A DNA stretch of 64,000 nucleotides, from assembly GCA_016839815.1 (NCBI GenBank), contig JAEOTM010000143.1, positions 26,461-90,460 of the forward strand. The letters run 5' to 3'. The notes beneath the pieces are model-generated. The model was not told the origin of the DNA, made no database searches, and worked only from the letters and a program-made list of their open reading frames with translations. Made by a program: the position numbers and the translations under genes. The DNA comes from Candidatus Hodarchaeota archaeon. Its GTDB lineage: Archaea; Asgardarchaeota; Heimdallarchaeia; Hodarchaeales; Hodarchaeaceae. Each line of letters begins with the position of its first letter. Within the stretch, counting starts at the first letter, position 1. Below are positions 40,510-48,606 of this stretch, one piece after another.

Positions 40510-41592
40510 ATGCCGGGATCAGAGATTTTAGAATCGATCGTACCAAGATCAATTATTATTGGAAATTCAATTCTTAATAAAATCCCGCAAATAATTGTGT
40601 CTTTGAGATTCAAACCTAAAGTAATGGTACTTACTGGTACCAAAACGCGTCATATTATAGGGGAGGAAATTTATGCCGTTTTAGAACAAGAAGATATCAC
40701 CTTTGATACCTTGATTGTCGAAGAGGCTTCCCTTGAAGCAGCCAGTACTTATCAGGACAGTGTGAGAGATACAAATTCAAATATTCTCATTTGCGCTGGG
40801 GGAGGTAAAGTGATTGATGTGGGTAAATACTGTTCCTTTAAAGCTAGTGAGAAGACAGAATTAATATCCGTACCAACTACAGCATCTCATGATGGAATTG
40901 CTTCCCCTTTTATCTTTTTAAACGATCCTACTGAAAAATATATTGGAGAAAGCCGACCCCCAGTTGCCATTGTGGCGGATATTGACAAAATTATTCAGCA
41001 TCCAGACTTACCTAGATATTTAGCTGCTGGTGTCGGTGATACTGTAGGAAAAATGACAGCAATCTGGGATTGGAGGTATGCACATCGTATCAAATCGGTA
41101 AGATTTTCTCGCTTTGTGGGAGGTGTTCTGCAGAGTGCTGATTCCTTATTCCAAAATCAAGTATCAGAGGCACTAGTAGATCAAGAAAACGCGATTAAAG
41201 TGGTATTAAAAGCATTACTGATTGCAGGAGTTCTCATGGGAACATCTAATGATATAAGAGTCGGATACGGCTCCGAACACTTATTTTCTCAAGCTTTACA
41301 CTCTGAAACCCCCGATAACGACATTCTTCATGGAGAACGAGTCGCAATGGGTACAATTCTGATGGCAAAATTACAGGGCCAAGATTATCAACAAATTATT
41401 AATATATTAGAAGCCGCAGGGTGTCCAACCAATATTGATGAACTAGAGGAAGAAATCGATCCAGACGCAATTGTAAATGCTTTACAAAAAGCACATAGAG
41501 TTGATTCAATTTATACAATCCTAGGTGAAACGGGATTATCAAAGAAGGCAGCTGAAACACTTGCGCTTCAAACGAATGTGATATCGAGTTAA
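40510..41592 (+). CDS. egsA: sn-glycerol-1-phosphate dehydrogenase
   Basis: GGGKVID, PTTASHDGIASP, GD, GSEH, LHGE, RVDSIYTILG. Confidence 0.82.
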   Translation: MPGSEILESIVPRSIIIGNSILNKIPQIIVSLRFKPKVMVLTGTKTRHIIGEEIYAVLEQEDITFDTLIVEEASLEAASTYQDSVRDTNSNILICAGGGKVIDVGKYCSFKASEKTELISVPTTASHDGIASPFIFLNDPTEKYIGESRPPVAIVADIDKIIQHPDLPRYLAAGVGDTVGKMTAIWDWRYAHRIKSVRFSRFVGGVLQSADSLFQNQVSEALVDQENAIKVVLKALLIAGVLMGTSNDIRVGYGSEHLFSQALHSETPDNDILHGERVAMGTILMAKLQGQDYQQIINILEAAGCPTNIDELEEEIDPDAIVNALQKAHRVDSIYTILGETGLSKKAAETLALQTNVISS

Positions 41593-41641
41593 AAAATTCA
41601 TGTAACTCACAGTTGAGGAGATTGTCTAGCTGTATTTTTAA

Positions 41642-42409
41642 GTGAAAAACTCAATATTCAATCATCGGCGATTTGAGATGTCTACAAAAACAGAGAGTCC
41701 AGTTATCGGAATAACAATTAGTATTTTCACCGATGCAGGACCTCAGGTTATCTTCAATTCAGCTGAAAAACATGTATCAGAAGACCAAGCATTTAATCTT
41801 TCTATTCGAATAATGACACTTATAGGAGAGGAGATAAGTGGAGATATATATGGACCATTACCTGTTCCTTCAAATGAGGAATATTTATGCTTGGCTTATG
41901 CATTCTTCGTAAAATCGACTTTCACCACAGATCCACGTTTGAATAATAGGCCTTCTGTAATCTGTGTTATCTTCCAAAGACAACTAAAACGCATTGTATC
42001 ACATGCTCAAGGACTAATTCTTTCATATTTATCAAATGTAACCCCCGACATTTTCCAGACAGAAGATGACTTCATTCCTGAAAAAATTAAGGAGATTGAC
42101 ACACGGTTAACCGCACTCATAAGTACAAACCCAATTAGAATTTATCGTGTCTCAAAAGATAAGCTTATTGAGCATATTGATCCTGTTATGATCCCATCCG
42201 ATGCCTATGTAGTTGCAGACCTTGAGAAAAAAACTCTATTCGTCTTATACGATCAGCATTTGTCTCCTGTGAGAAAAAGAAACGTAAGTATCATGATTGA
42301 TTCATTAAATGAGAAAGAGTATCGCCGTGGTTTCAACAAACGAATAATCGACTCAGAAGAGGAAAAAGAACAACTCCTGAATTTTTTTGGGCTAAAAACT
42401 AAAATATAG
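41642..42409 (+). CDS. hypothetical: N-terminal longin/uDENN-like domain plus C-terminal gelsolin-like domain
   Basis: N-part GITISIFTDAGPQV...YGPLP...AYAF...DPR; C-part RIYRV...DAYVVAD..KTLFV...S.VRKR...EEE..LL.FF. Likely start at 41678. Confidence 0.55.
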   Translation: MKNSIFNHRRFEMSTKTESPVIGITISIFTDAGPQVIFNSAEKHVSEDQAFNLSIRIMTLIGEEISGDIYGPLPVPSNEEYLCLAYAFFVKSTFTTDPRLNNRPSVICVIFQRQLKRIVSHAQGLILSYLSNVTPDIFQTEDDFIPEKIKEIDTRLTALISTNPIRIYRVSKDKLIEHIDPVMIPSDAYVVADLEKKTLFVLYDQHLSPVRKRNVSIMIDSLNEKEYRRGFNKRIIDSEEEKEQLLNFFGLKTKI

Positions 42410-42422
42410 GAAGGAATGAAAG

Positions 42423-42809
42423 ATGGAGCTTCCAGGTGCATATAGAATTGAATTATCGAACTTTATTGATCTGGTACGTTTAATTACGAGTTCCAGTCCA
42501 GATAGACCTTCTACGATCTTTAAATGGAAAAGTCAAGATGGAACGTATTATTATGGAACCTTTGCCATTTTTCCTGGATATTTTGATTACCGGTCATTAC
42601 CTGTTCTATTTTTTATAACCACAGAGTCTGAACTGGAAGGAAAAGGGCAAGGATTAGTCCGTTATGACCTACAGGAATCGGATAATCAAATCTCTTTCTT
42701 GAAGTTTTTAAAAGAACAGGATTTAGAAAATGCACATACTGGGTTGATTCGATTTATCCCAATCATTAATCTTAAATCACCCCCAACAATATTTACAGAT
42801 TCAGCCTGA
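42423..42809 (+). CDS. conserved archaeal hypothetical protein
   Basis: 128 aa, co-oriented within a tight operon; IEL.N..DLVRL...YF.YR.LP pattern resembles a small TACK-type family. Confidence 0.55.
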   Translation: MELPGAYRIELSNFIDLVRLITSSSPDRPSTIFKWKSQDGTYYYGTFAIFPGYFDYRSLPVLFFITTESELEGKGQGLVRYDLQESDNQISFLKFLKEQDLENAHTGLIRFIPIINLKSPPTIFTDSA

Positions 42810-42818
42810 GAGGACACT

Positions 42819-43598
42819 ATGCTCACCGAAGGGAGTATTGTAAGAGCTTTCGAAATTTCTGATAGAAATCCAAAGTCTTGGATATTTAAACTATTGAAAG
42901 ATGGAGAATATTCAACTCATCTTGGCCGAATAGATCATAATGCAATTATTGGACAAGAATACGGTAGTGTCATCACTTTAACTAAAGGTGAGATTATAGT
43001 CTTAAGACCCTCTCCTAGGGATTTTCTACGTTCCTTTAGACTAAAAACACAAATTATGTATGCTGATGATTGTGCAATTGCATGTAGCGTTGCGGGGATT
43101 GGGAATGGCATGTCTGTTGGAGAAGCTGGGACTGGATCGGGAGCTTTAACGACTTTTCTTGCATGGGCTGTGGCTCCAGATGGACATGTATACTCATTCG
43201 ACATAAATGAAAAACATCTATGTAATGCACAACAGAATCTTCAACTAACTGGCTTACAAGATAATATTACGTTCAAAATATTTGATATTCGTGAAAAATT
43301 TACGGTTCCCCCTCTTGATGCATTCTTTTTAGACTTTTCAACCCCTTTCGAGGCTATTGATACTGTCACCCCGAATTTAGCTGGTGGAGGGCATTTAATA
43401 TGCTTTGTACCCAATTGGGGACAGGTTGAGCAATCTGTTGAAAAAATCCAACAAAACTCGGAGCTTGCACTACAACAAGTTTTTGAAATCAATCGAAGAG
43501 ATTTCAATATTAACCCAAAGAAACATATAATGCGTCCATCATTTAGGTCGATTGTTTATTCAGGAATTATTATTCACGCAATTAAGATTCTCACCTAG
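42819..43598 (+). CDS. trmI: tRNA (adenine57/58-N1)-methyltransferase
   Basis: THLG.I.H, TQIMY..D, EAGTGSGALT, AFFLD...P. Confidence 0.9.
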   Translation: MLTEGSIVRAFEISDRNPKSWIFKLLKDGEYSTHLGRIDHNAIIGQEYGSVITLTKGEIIVLRPSPRDFLRSFRLKTQIMYADDCAIACSVAGIGNGMSVGEAGTGSGALTTFLAWAVAPDGHVYSFDINEKHLCNAQQNLQLTGLQDNITFKIFDIREKFTVPPLDAFFLDFSTPFEAIDTVTPNLAGGGHLICFVPNWGQVEQSVEKIQQNSELALQQVFEINRRDFNINPKKHIMRPSFRSIVYSGIIIHAIKILT

Positions 43599-43613
43599 TA
43601 TCGAGATGGCTTT

Positions 43614-44522
43614 ATGATTCAAATCCCAAAGGAAGTTTATCAAGATTTTCTCAGATTTGCTCTTGAGAATGCTAATCCTCTTAAAAAATCAAGATATTGG
43701 AGAGAATGTATAGGGTTAATCCTCGGTCGTATTGATGGAGAATCGATTATTGTAACTGATATTATTCCCATTGGTTCTGGTTCATCAGTCTTTGTAGACA
43801 TAAGTGATTATGAAAAAGTATTTTCGCTAATTTCTTTTGATCGAATAGATCAAGGTGAAGTGATAGTTGGTTGGGCTCATACTCATCCAGGTTTAGGGCT
43901 TTTTTTTTCAGGTACAGATATTGGAACCCAAATAACATACCAAAGCATGCATCCGCTGGCATTTGGACTCGTCCTTGACCCAACCAAGGTTAATCCTTTT
44001 TCTCCTGGTTTTAATCTTTACAGAGTAGATTCATCAACATCTCGTCCTTATACGGTTGATTTTCATTTTACAGAGGAATTTAATTATCTCTCAATTTATC
44101 AGCAATTGACACAAGAATTATTTGATGTAACTATACCTATTTCAGAGATGGTTCCCGAATTAAAAGCAGTTAATATGGTAACTTGGAAAAACATTACCCT
44201 TACCTTGGAAAAGCCTTCAAGTGTTCAAAAGAATACACCATTCCCAATAAAACTTACTCTAAAAATGTCACGATCTCAATTCTTCAGGGTATCCTACAAA
44301 CTTCGGATCTATAACGCAAAAATGAGTTCGATGCAGGATTTCGATGATTCTAATGAATATTTTCATGAAACATTTGATTCTGGGACATTAGCAATTTTTT
44401 CAATAGTTTCAGATAACCCAAATCAAATATATTTCCAGCTGGAACATATGAGGGTGACTGATTATAGACAAAAATATTATGATTCCCCTGCATTAGGAAT
44501 CGAAGTAGTTTCTAACGAATAG
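43614..44522 (+). CDS. JAB1/MPN+ (JAMM) metalloprotease, Rpn11/CSN5/AMSH-like, with C-terminal extension
   Basis: ECIGLILG and VGWAHTHPGLGLFFSGTD..TQ..YQ (complete E-HxH-S-D JAMM set), LVLDP. Confidence 0.88.
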   Translation: MIQIPKEVYQDFLRFALENANPLKKSRYWRECIGLILGRIDGESIIVTDIIPIGSGSSVFVDISDYEKVFSLISFDRIDQGEVIVGWAHTHPGLGLFFSGTDIGTQITYQSMHPLAFGLVLDPTKVNPFSPGFNLYRVDSSTSRPYTVDFHFTEEFNYLSIYQQLTQELFDVTIPISEMVPELKAVNMVTWKNITLTLEKPSSVQKNTPFPIKLTLKMSRSQFFRVSYKLRIYNAKMSSMQDFDDSNEYFHETFDSGTLAIFSIVSDNPNQIYFQLEHMRVTDYRQKYYDSPALGIEVVSNE

Positions 44523-44526
44523 AATA

Positions 44527-45237
44527 CTAAACTTCTTGGTTTTTGAATTTACGATTCCCATAAAGACCTAAGAGAACAAAAGCTACGAAAATGAAGAACA
44601 CTCCATAGAAGAGAAAAATTAAGACATATGGCGGTTCTGGTAAACTCTCGACAAACTCAAAGGACATATTTTGGGGAAAATAGACCTCTTTAGTTACTCT
44701 ATCTCCCTCATAGATATGATATTCCACCTTAAACGCAAATTTGTAATTTCCATACGTTGGGAGGGCTAAGTATGGAATCTTGACAACTTCAGATTTTGAA
44801 GAATTCGGGGGTAATACTAAATCCTCAGGATTGTTTGCATTATATTCTGATTCTCCAACAACACCTGTACGGTTATCTTTTTCACCTGTTCTAACTTCGT
44901 AAACCTCGACGGAAAATCTATGAATCACAATAGATTCGTCATTTCCGATAACTGTTCCATAGGAGGCATTTATTCGCAGTTTTGAGTTATTTACAATCTG
45001 GGGGGTTAAAGTAGTTTGACCAGTAGTAGGTTCTTCAGGTACCAACTTCTCAAGAGTTACAAACGTTCCGTCTTTTTCAACTTCAAGATTCACTTGTTGA
45101 ATTTTAATCAACGGAGATTCGGATTGTGCTCTTGCAGCTTCGATTTGAAGCATCTTGGGCTGATTAAAAGGCATAATTCCTGAAGAAAGCATAACCACTA
45201 TAAGGATGATGCTTGGTTTTATGATTTTACGTATCAT
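44527..45237 (-). CDS. type I membrane protein, TRAP-alpha (SSR1)-like candidate
   Basis: Start moved to ATG 45237 (MIRKIIK + signal peptide). Beta-rich lumenal domain, C-terminal TM, basic tail. Confidence 0.55.
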   Translation of the reverse strand: MIRKIIKPSIILIVVMLSSGIMPFNQPKMLQIEAARAQSESPLIKIQQVNLEVEKDGTFVTLEKLVPEEPTTGQTTLTPQIVNNSKLRINASYGTVIGNDESIVIHRFSVEVYEVRTGEKDNRTGVVGESEYNANNPEDLVLPPNSSKSEVVKIPYLALPTYGNYKFAFKVEYHIYEGDRVTKEVYFPQNMSFEFVESLPEPPYVLIFLFYGVFFIFVAFVLLGLYGNRKFKNQEV

Positions 45238-45346
45238 GTGACATACCAATCCATATACTCTTTGAAGAGAATCTTTTTTTGTCGTTAAGACTGAAATCTT
45301 CTTTTTCTGATTCCGTCTATATCTTTTATGCATTTTTCTAGTATTA

Positions 45347-45979
45347 CTAACTACCTTCACCAAAAATAATAGAACTCAATTTATTTCTTATTGATTCTTT
45401 TCTTCGATCGAAAATGGCATTAAATGTATTATTTACAGTCAAAGAGCCTTTTTGAACAATAATACCACCATTGGTAAGGTCTTGCTCTGAAGAAGAAAGA
45501 TTAAGCTTAGTGCTGGTTCCAGTTTTCTTTGCAATTTCAGCTTCTAGGGAATTAGTATCGATGGTGTGAGTATCACTAGGATGTAATGTGATATTCATTT
45601 CACCTCCCTCTAGGATAGTTCCACTTAACACTATTAATTCAGAAATGGAATTCAAATATCTTTGATCTTTTTGTTCTCGCATCAATTTGATCTTATTTAT
45701 GCTTTCATCAAAAATCTCTTGAACCAAGGACTCCTTAAAGTTTTCAAGTTCAATTTTGTTCTTTATTCGAATTCGTGACAGTTCTCTTTGTACTTCGAGT
45801 TCCTCTCTCTCACTTCTCTCTGTTTCAGCTTTTTGTCTTAATACTTCATTTTCACTTTTTGCTTGAGTTAATATTTTATCTGCTTCTTTTTTGGCTTCTT
45901 TTAGGATCTTCTCTGCATTGTTTTGTGCATCCTGAAGGATTTCTTGTTCTAATTGTTGAATATCTGACATAATTCTCAA
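45347..45979 (-). CDS. atpE: A/V-type ATP synthase subunit E
   Basis: N-terminal coiled coil (EILQDA...AEKIL.EA), C-terminal GGIIV...VNNTF. Likely start MSDIQ at 45970. Confidence 0.88.
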   Translation of the reverse strand: MRIMSDIQQLEQEILQDAQNNAEKILKEAKKEADKILTQAKSENEVLRQKAETERSEREELEVQRELSRIRIKNKIELENFKESLVQEIFDESINKIKLMREQKDQRYLNSISELIVLSGTILEGGEMNITLHPSDTHTIDTNSLEAEIAKKTGTSTKLNLSSSEQDLTNGGIIVQKGSLTVNNTFNAIFDRRKESIRNKLSSIIFGEGS

Positions 45980-46007
45980 TCCTATTAGTATACTAATGAT
46001 TTTCGTT

Positions 46008-47075
46008 TTAATCTAGCCTTATAATGGGATAGTTTTCTTCTAACAGTTCCCCTATTGTCTGCTTAATTGCATTTTGAGCCTTTGAAATTTCTTCCTCTGT
46101 GAAAAACTTCTTCAGCTCTTTGATAATGAAGAAATTTGGGTCATTCTGATTTCCATTTGATAATATCTGGTAGATTTCTCTTTCAATTAACCCTCTAGAA
46201 AATTTCTCTTTCAAAATATCAAAAATGATTTCATGAGCAATCATTATTTTCAATTCATTTTGACTTGTTCGGTTTATCACTTCCGATGTGAATACAAGAA
46301 CCGAAAAATCCTCTTTCACCTGACTCATTGCATCCAACGAAAAAACTGGTATATAGGAGGGTTCAAACCTGTTTTCTAATGCGGTTCGAAACAAATATGG
46401 TTTCACAGATATTCGATATCTATTCGCGATCCGTGCAGAATATTCCCGTAAGCTTGATTGGATTGTGATTAAGGTTGCTTTTGCTTTACGTAGTTCATTC
46501 AGATGTTGCATGGATTCCATTGAAATATCTTCAAGGATCTTGATAATTGGAAAAATCTGAATTCCTGTACGTACCTTCATCCTTAGCTGTACTTCGATTT
46601 TTTCAGTAAAATCCTCATAAGGAATAACATCTTGACCTTGCATACGGATAAGGGGGAGATGTTTAATGTCGCTAAATGCTAGAATTTCTGATTCCGATAC
46701 TGATTTATTTTCACAAAAGATATTCTTGAGAATAGCGGAGAAGTACTCCATCCCAGTTGATAAAGCACTTGAATCTAAAGCTTGAAATACAGGAATTGAA
46801 AAAATGATAATCATAAATTTCTCTTCATTCTCTTCAATTATATGAAAATAAAAAGGACTTACTTTCTGATTCTCTAGTTGAATTAAACCATTAATCCCAT
46901 AAAAACGAACTTGTTCGACCACATCCAATAAAGCAGAGTACTGTAAAGTAACTCTTTCAAACTCAATTGACATCCATTCTTCGATAGTTAAACGAAATTG
47001 AAACTGTTGGGTTGGAGGAATCTTCTGGTGAGAGCTCATTCTACTAGCAATGAGGTTGGAAAGCGAATAAAACAA
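46008..47075 (-). CDS. hypothetical protein with a degenerate zincin-like motif
   Basis: 355-aa ORF; LVFTSEVI...ELKIMIAHEIIF resembles the M48/zincin active-site helix but lacks the second His. Confidence 0.5.
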   Translation of the reverse strand: MFYSLSNLIASRMSSHQKIPPTQQFQFRLTIEEWMSIEFERVTLQYSALLDVVEQVRFYGINGLIQLENQKVSPFYFHIIEENEEKFMIIIFSIPVFQALDSSALSTGMEYFSAILKNIFCENKSVSESEILAFSDIKHLPLIRMQGQDVIPYEDFTEKIEVQLRMKVRTGIQIFPIIKILEDISMESMQHLNELRKAKATLITIQSSLREYSARIANRYRISVKPYLFRTALENRFEPSYIPVFSLDAMSQVKEDFSVLVFTSEVINRTSQNELKIMIAHEIIFDILKEKFSRGLIEREIYQILSNGNQNDPNFFIIKELKKFFTEEEISKAQNAIKQTIGELLEENYPIIRLD

Positions 47076-47085
47076 TTACCCCCCA

Positions 47086-48105
47086 TCAATAACGTTGACC
47101 TGCTCGTTGATATGCTACCCAGAAGAGAAATGTAAAAATTGTAAAAGCTATAAAAATTGCACTGGAACGGCTGATAGTCTCTAAAGCACCAGAAGCAAAG
47201 TTAACAAGTTGAAAGAGGAGCAATGTCAACCAACCTACAATACTTGTATCACGACTAGTTAGCAATCCCTTCCAATATCGAATTATTAGGAGAATTATTC
47301 CTAGAATTACAACCCCGATGTGAATCCAACCAAGAAATTCTTCGAAGCTATCAAAGAATAGATACAGTGTTTCCAAACTTATGAAGCATACTAATGAGAT
47401 TAGGGTAATAAATAAATTTGGAATTCTCACATCACGATCAACCTGTTGTGCTCCTTCGTATACTAGATAAATTGCTCCACCAATTGTAGCCGAATCAGCT
47501 AAAATGAGAGCAGTTGTATATAACTCATCGATTCTATCAATCCAGAGGTCTATAAGTTGTGAGAAAAACCCTACAATCCCTGATTGGGAATTTAGTAGAT
47601 CATAACCAAAGTAAAATCCAATTACGACTAGTAAGGGGAAGGGGGAGTACACCAAAGTCAGAATTTTTGTTTTCCGTTGACCAGAAATTAATTTGCCCTC
47701 TTCTCTCCATCCAAAAAGATAGACTGCAATAAAATATCCCCCAAACAGAGAAACAATTGGAATTATTATTGGAAATAGAAAAACAACTCCTAAAAGAAAA
47801 TTGAATCCGTAGAAAGCTTTAATGGTGGTTGGTAGTCGCCACACCTCTCGTCCAAAAGTTTCATATGCATCACCAATTTGGTATCTTTTTCCGTATGTCC
47901 AAAAAAAGAAAGGAACAGCCATTATAAGTGGTCCAATTCCGTAAACAATAAAATTAGAAAGAAAAATTAGTTCTGAAGTGTTTAAAAACCAGATCACTCC
48001 GTCCTCAAAAATAAAAGAGAGTAAATAGAAGTAAATTGGAATTAAAATAAACTGTAATAAGACTACCAATCGTCCATAATGAATATAGCTTTCGTACTCA
48101 CTCAA
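47086..48105 (-). CDS. multi-pass membrane protein of unknown function
   Basis: 339 aa with about 8-9 hydrophobic segments; GGTGA Shine-Dalgarno upstream. Confidence 0.7.
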   Translation of the reverse strand: MSEYESYIHYGRLVVLLQFILIPIYFYLLSFIFEDGVIWFLNTSELIFLSNFIVYGIGPLIMAVPFFFWTYGKRYQIGDAYETFGREVWRLPTTIKAFYGFNFLLGVVFLFPIIIPIVSLFGGYFIAVYLFGWREEGKLISGQRKTKILTLVYSPFPLLVVIGFYFGYDLLNSQSGIVGFFSQLIDLWIDRIDELYTTALILADSATIGGAIYLVYEGAQQVDRDVRIPNLFITLISLVCFISLETLYLFFDSFEEFLGWIHIGVVILGIILLIIRYWKGLLTSRDTSIVGWLTLLLFQLVNFASGALETISRSSAIFIAFTIFTFLFWVAYQRAGQRY

Positions 48106-48248
48106 AAAATCACCAACTCTAACTTACAGCCACTCTTGCTAGATTAATTGGATGACACCTCTTAAAAATTTATCTTAAGAGCTATTCATAATTATATCAA
48201 AGTAGCCAGTTTTTTATTTTAGTTTCAAATCTGCTCAAAATAGACAAA

Positions 48249-48575
48249 ATGGGAGTGTCACAATTGGTAGACGAAAAAACAAAAGAAAAATTCCCTTATC
48301 ACTCTGATTATTATCATTTAATTAAAGGAAAAACAATGTCCCGTCGTGGACGTTGGTGGACAGCTGTATTACTTGTTCAATCCCAGACCGACGCTAATAA
48401 AAAAATAGTTGTTATTCAAAGATGGCAAAAACGAAATAAAGCAGACCCTGATGCAGAAGGAAAAATGACTAGCTATTGGGCTCAAGCAAAATCGTTCAAT
48501 CTTAATTCAGTTAAACCATGGGAAGTACTAAGGGATACAGTTGAAGAATGGTTATCAATTAATGATTGGAGTTAA
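48249..48575 (+). CDS. hypothetical Trp-rich basic protein, possible PC4-like ssDNA/RNA-binding fold
   Basis: Four-strand-plus-helix pattern: WWTAVLLV...VVIQRWQK...W...KSFNL...WE.L...VEEW. Confidence 0.55.
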   Translation: MGVSQLVDEKTKEKFPYHSDYYHLIKGKTMSRRGRWWTAVLLVQSQTDANKKIVVIQRWQKRNKADPDAEGKMTSYWAQAKSFNLNSVKPWEVLRDTVEEWLSINDWS

Positions 48576-48580
48576 AAAAG

Positions 48581-48606
48581 AGAGGTAAACTATAACTTTT
48601 ACCTCT
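48581..48606. terminator. hairpin between convergent genes
   Basis: AGAGGTAAA-N8-TTTACCTCT, 9-bp stem with an A-run on the left; lies between the stops at 48575 and 48607. Confidence 0.45.

Noticed and set aside
45238-45363. Basic N-terminal extension of the 278-aa ORF
   Set aside because: It overlaps the atpE end and precedes a clear signal peptide; the ATG at 45237 is the better start.
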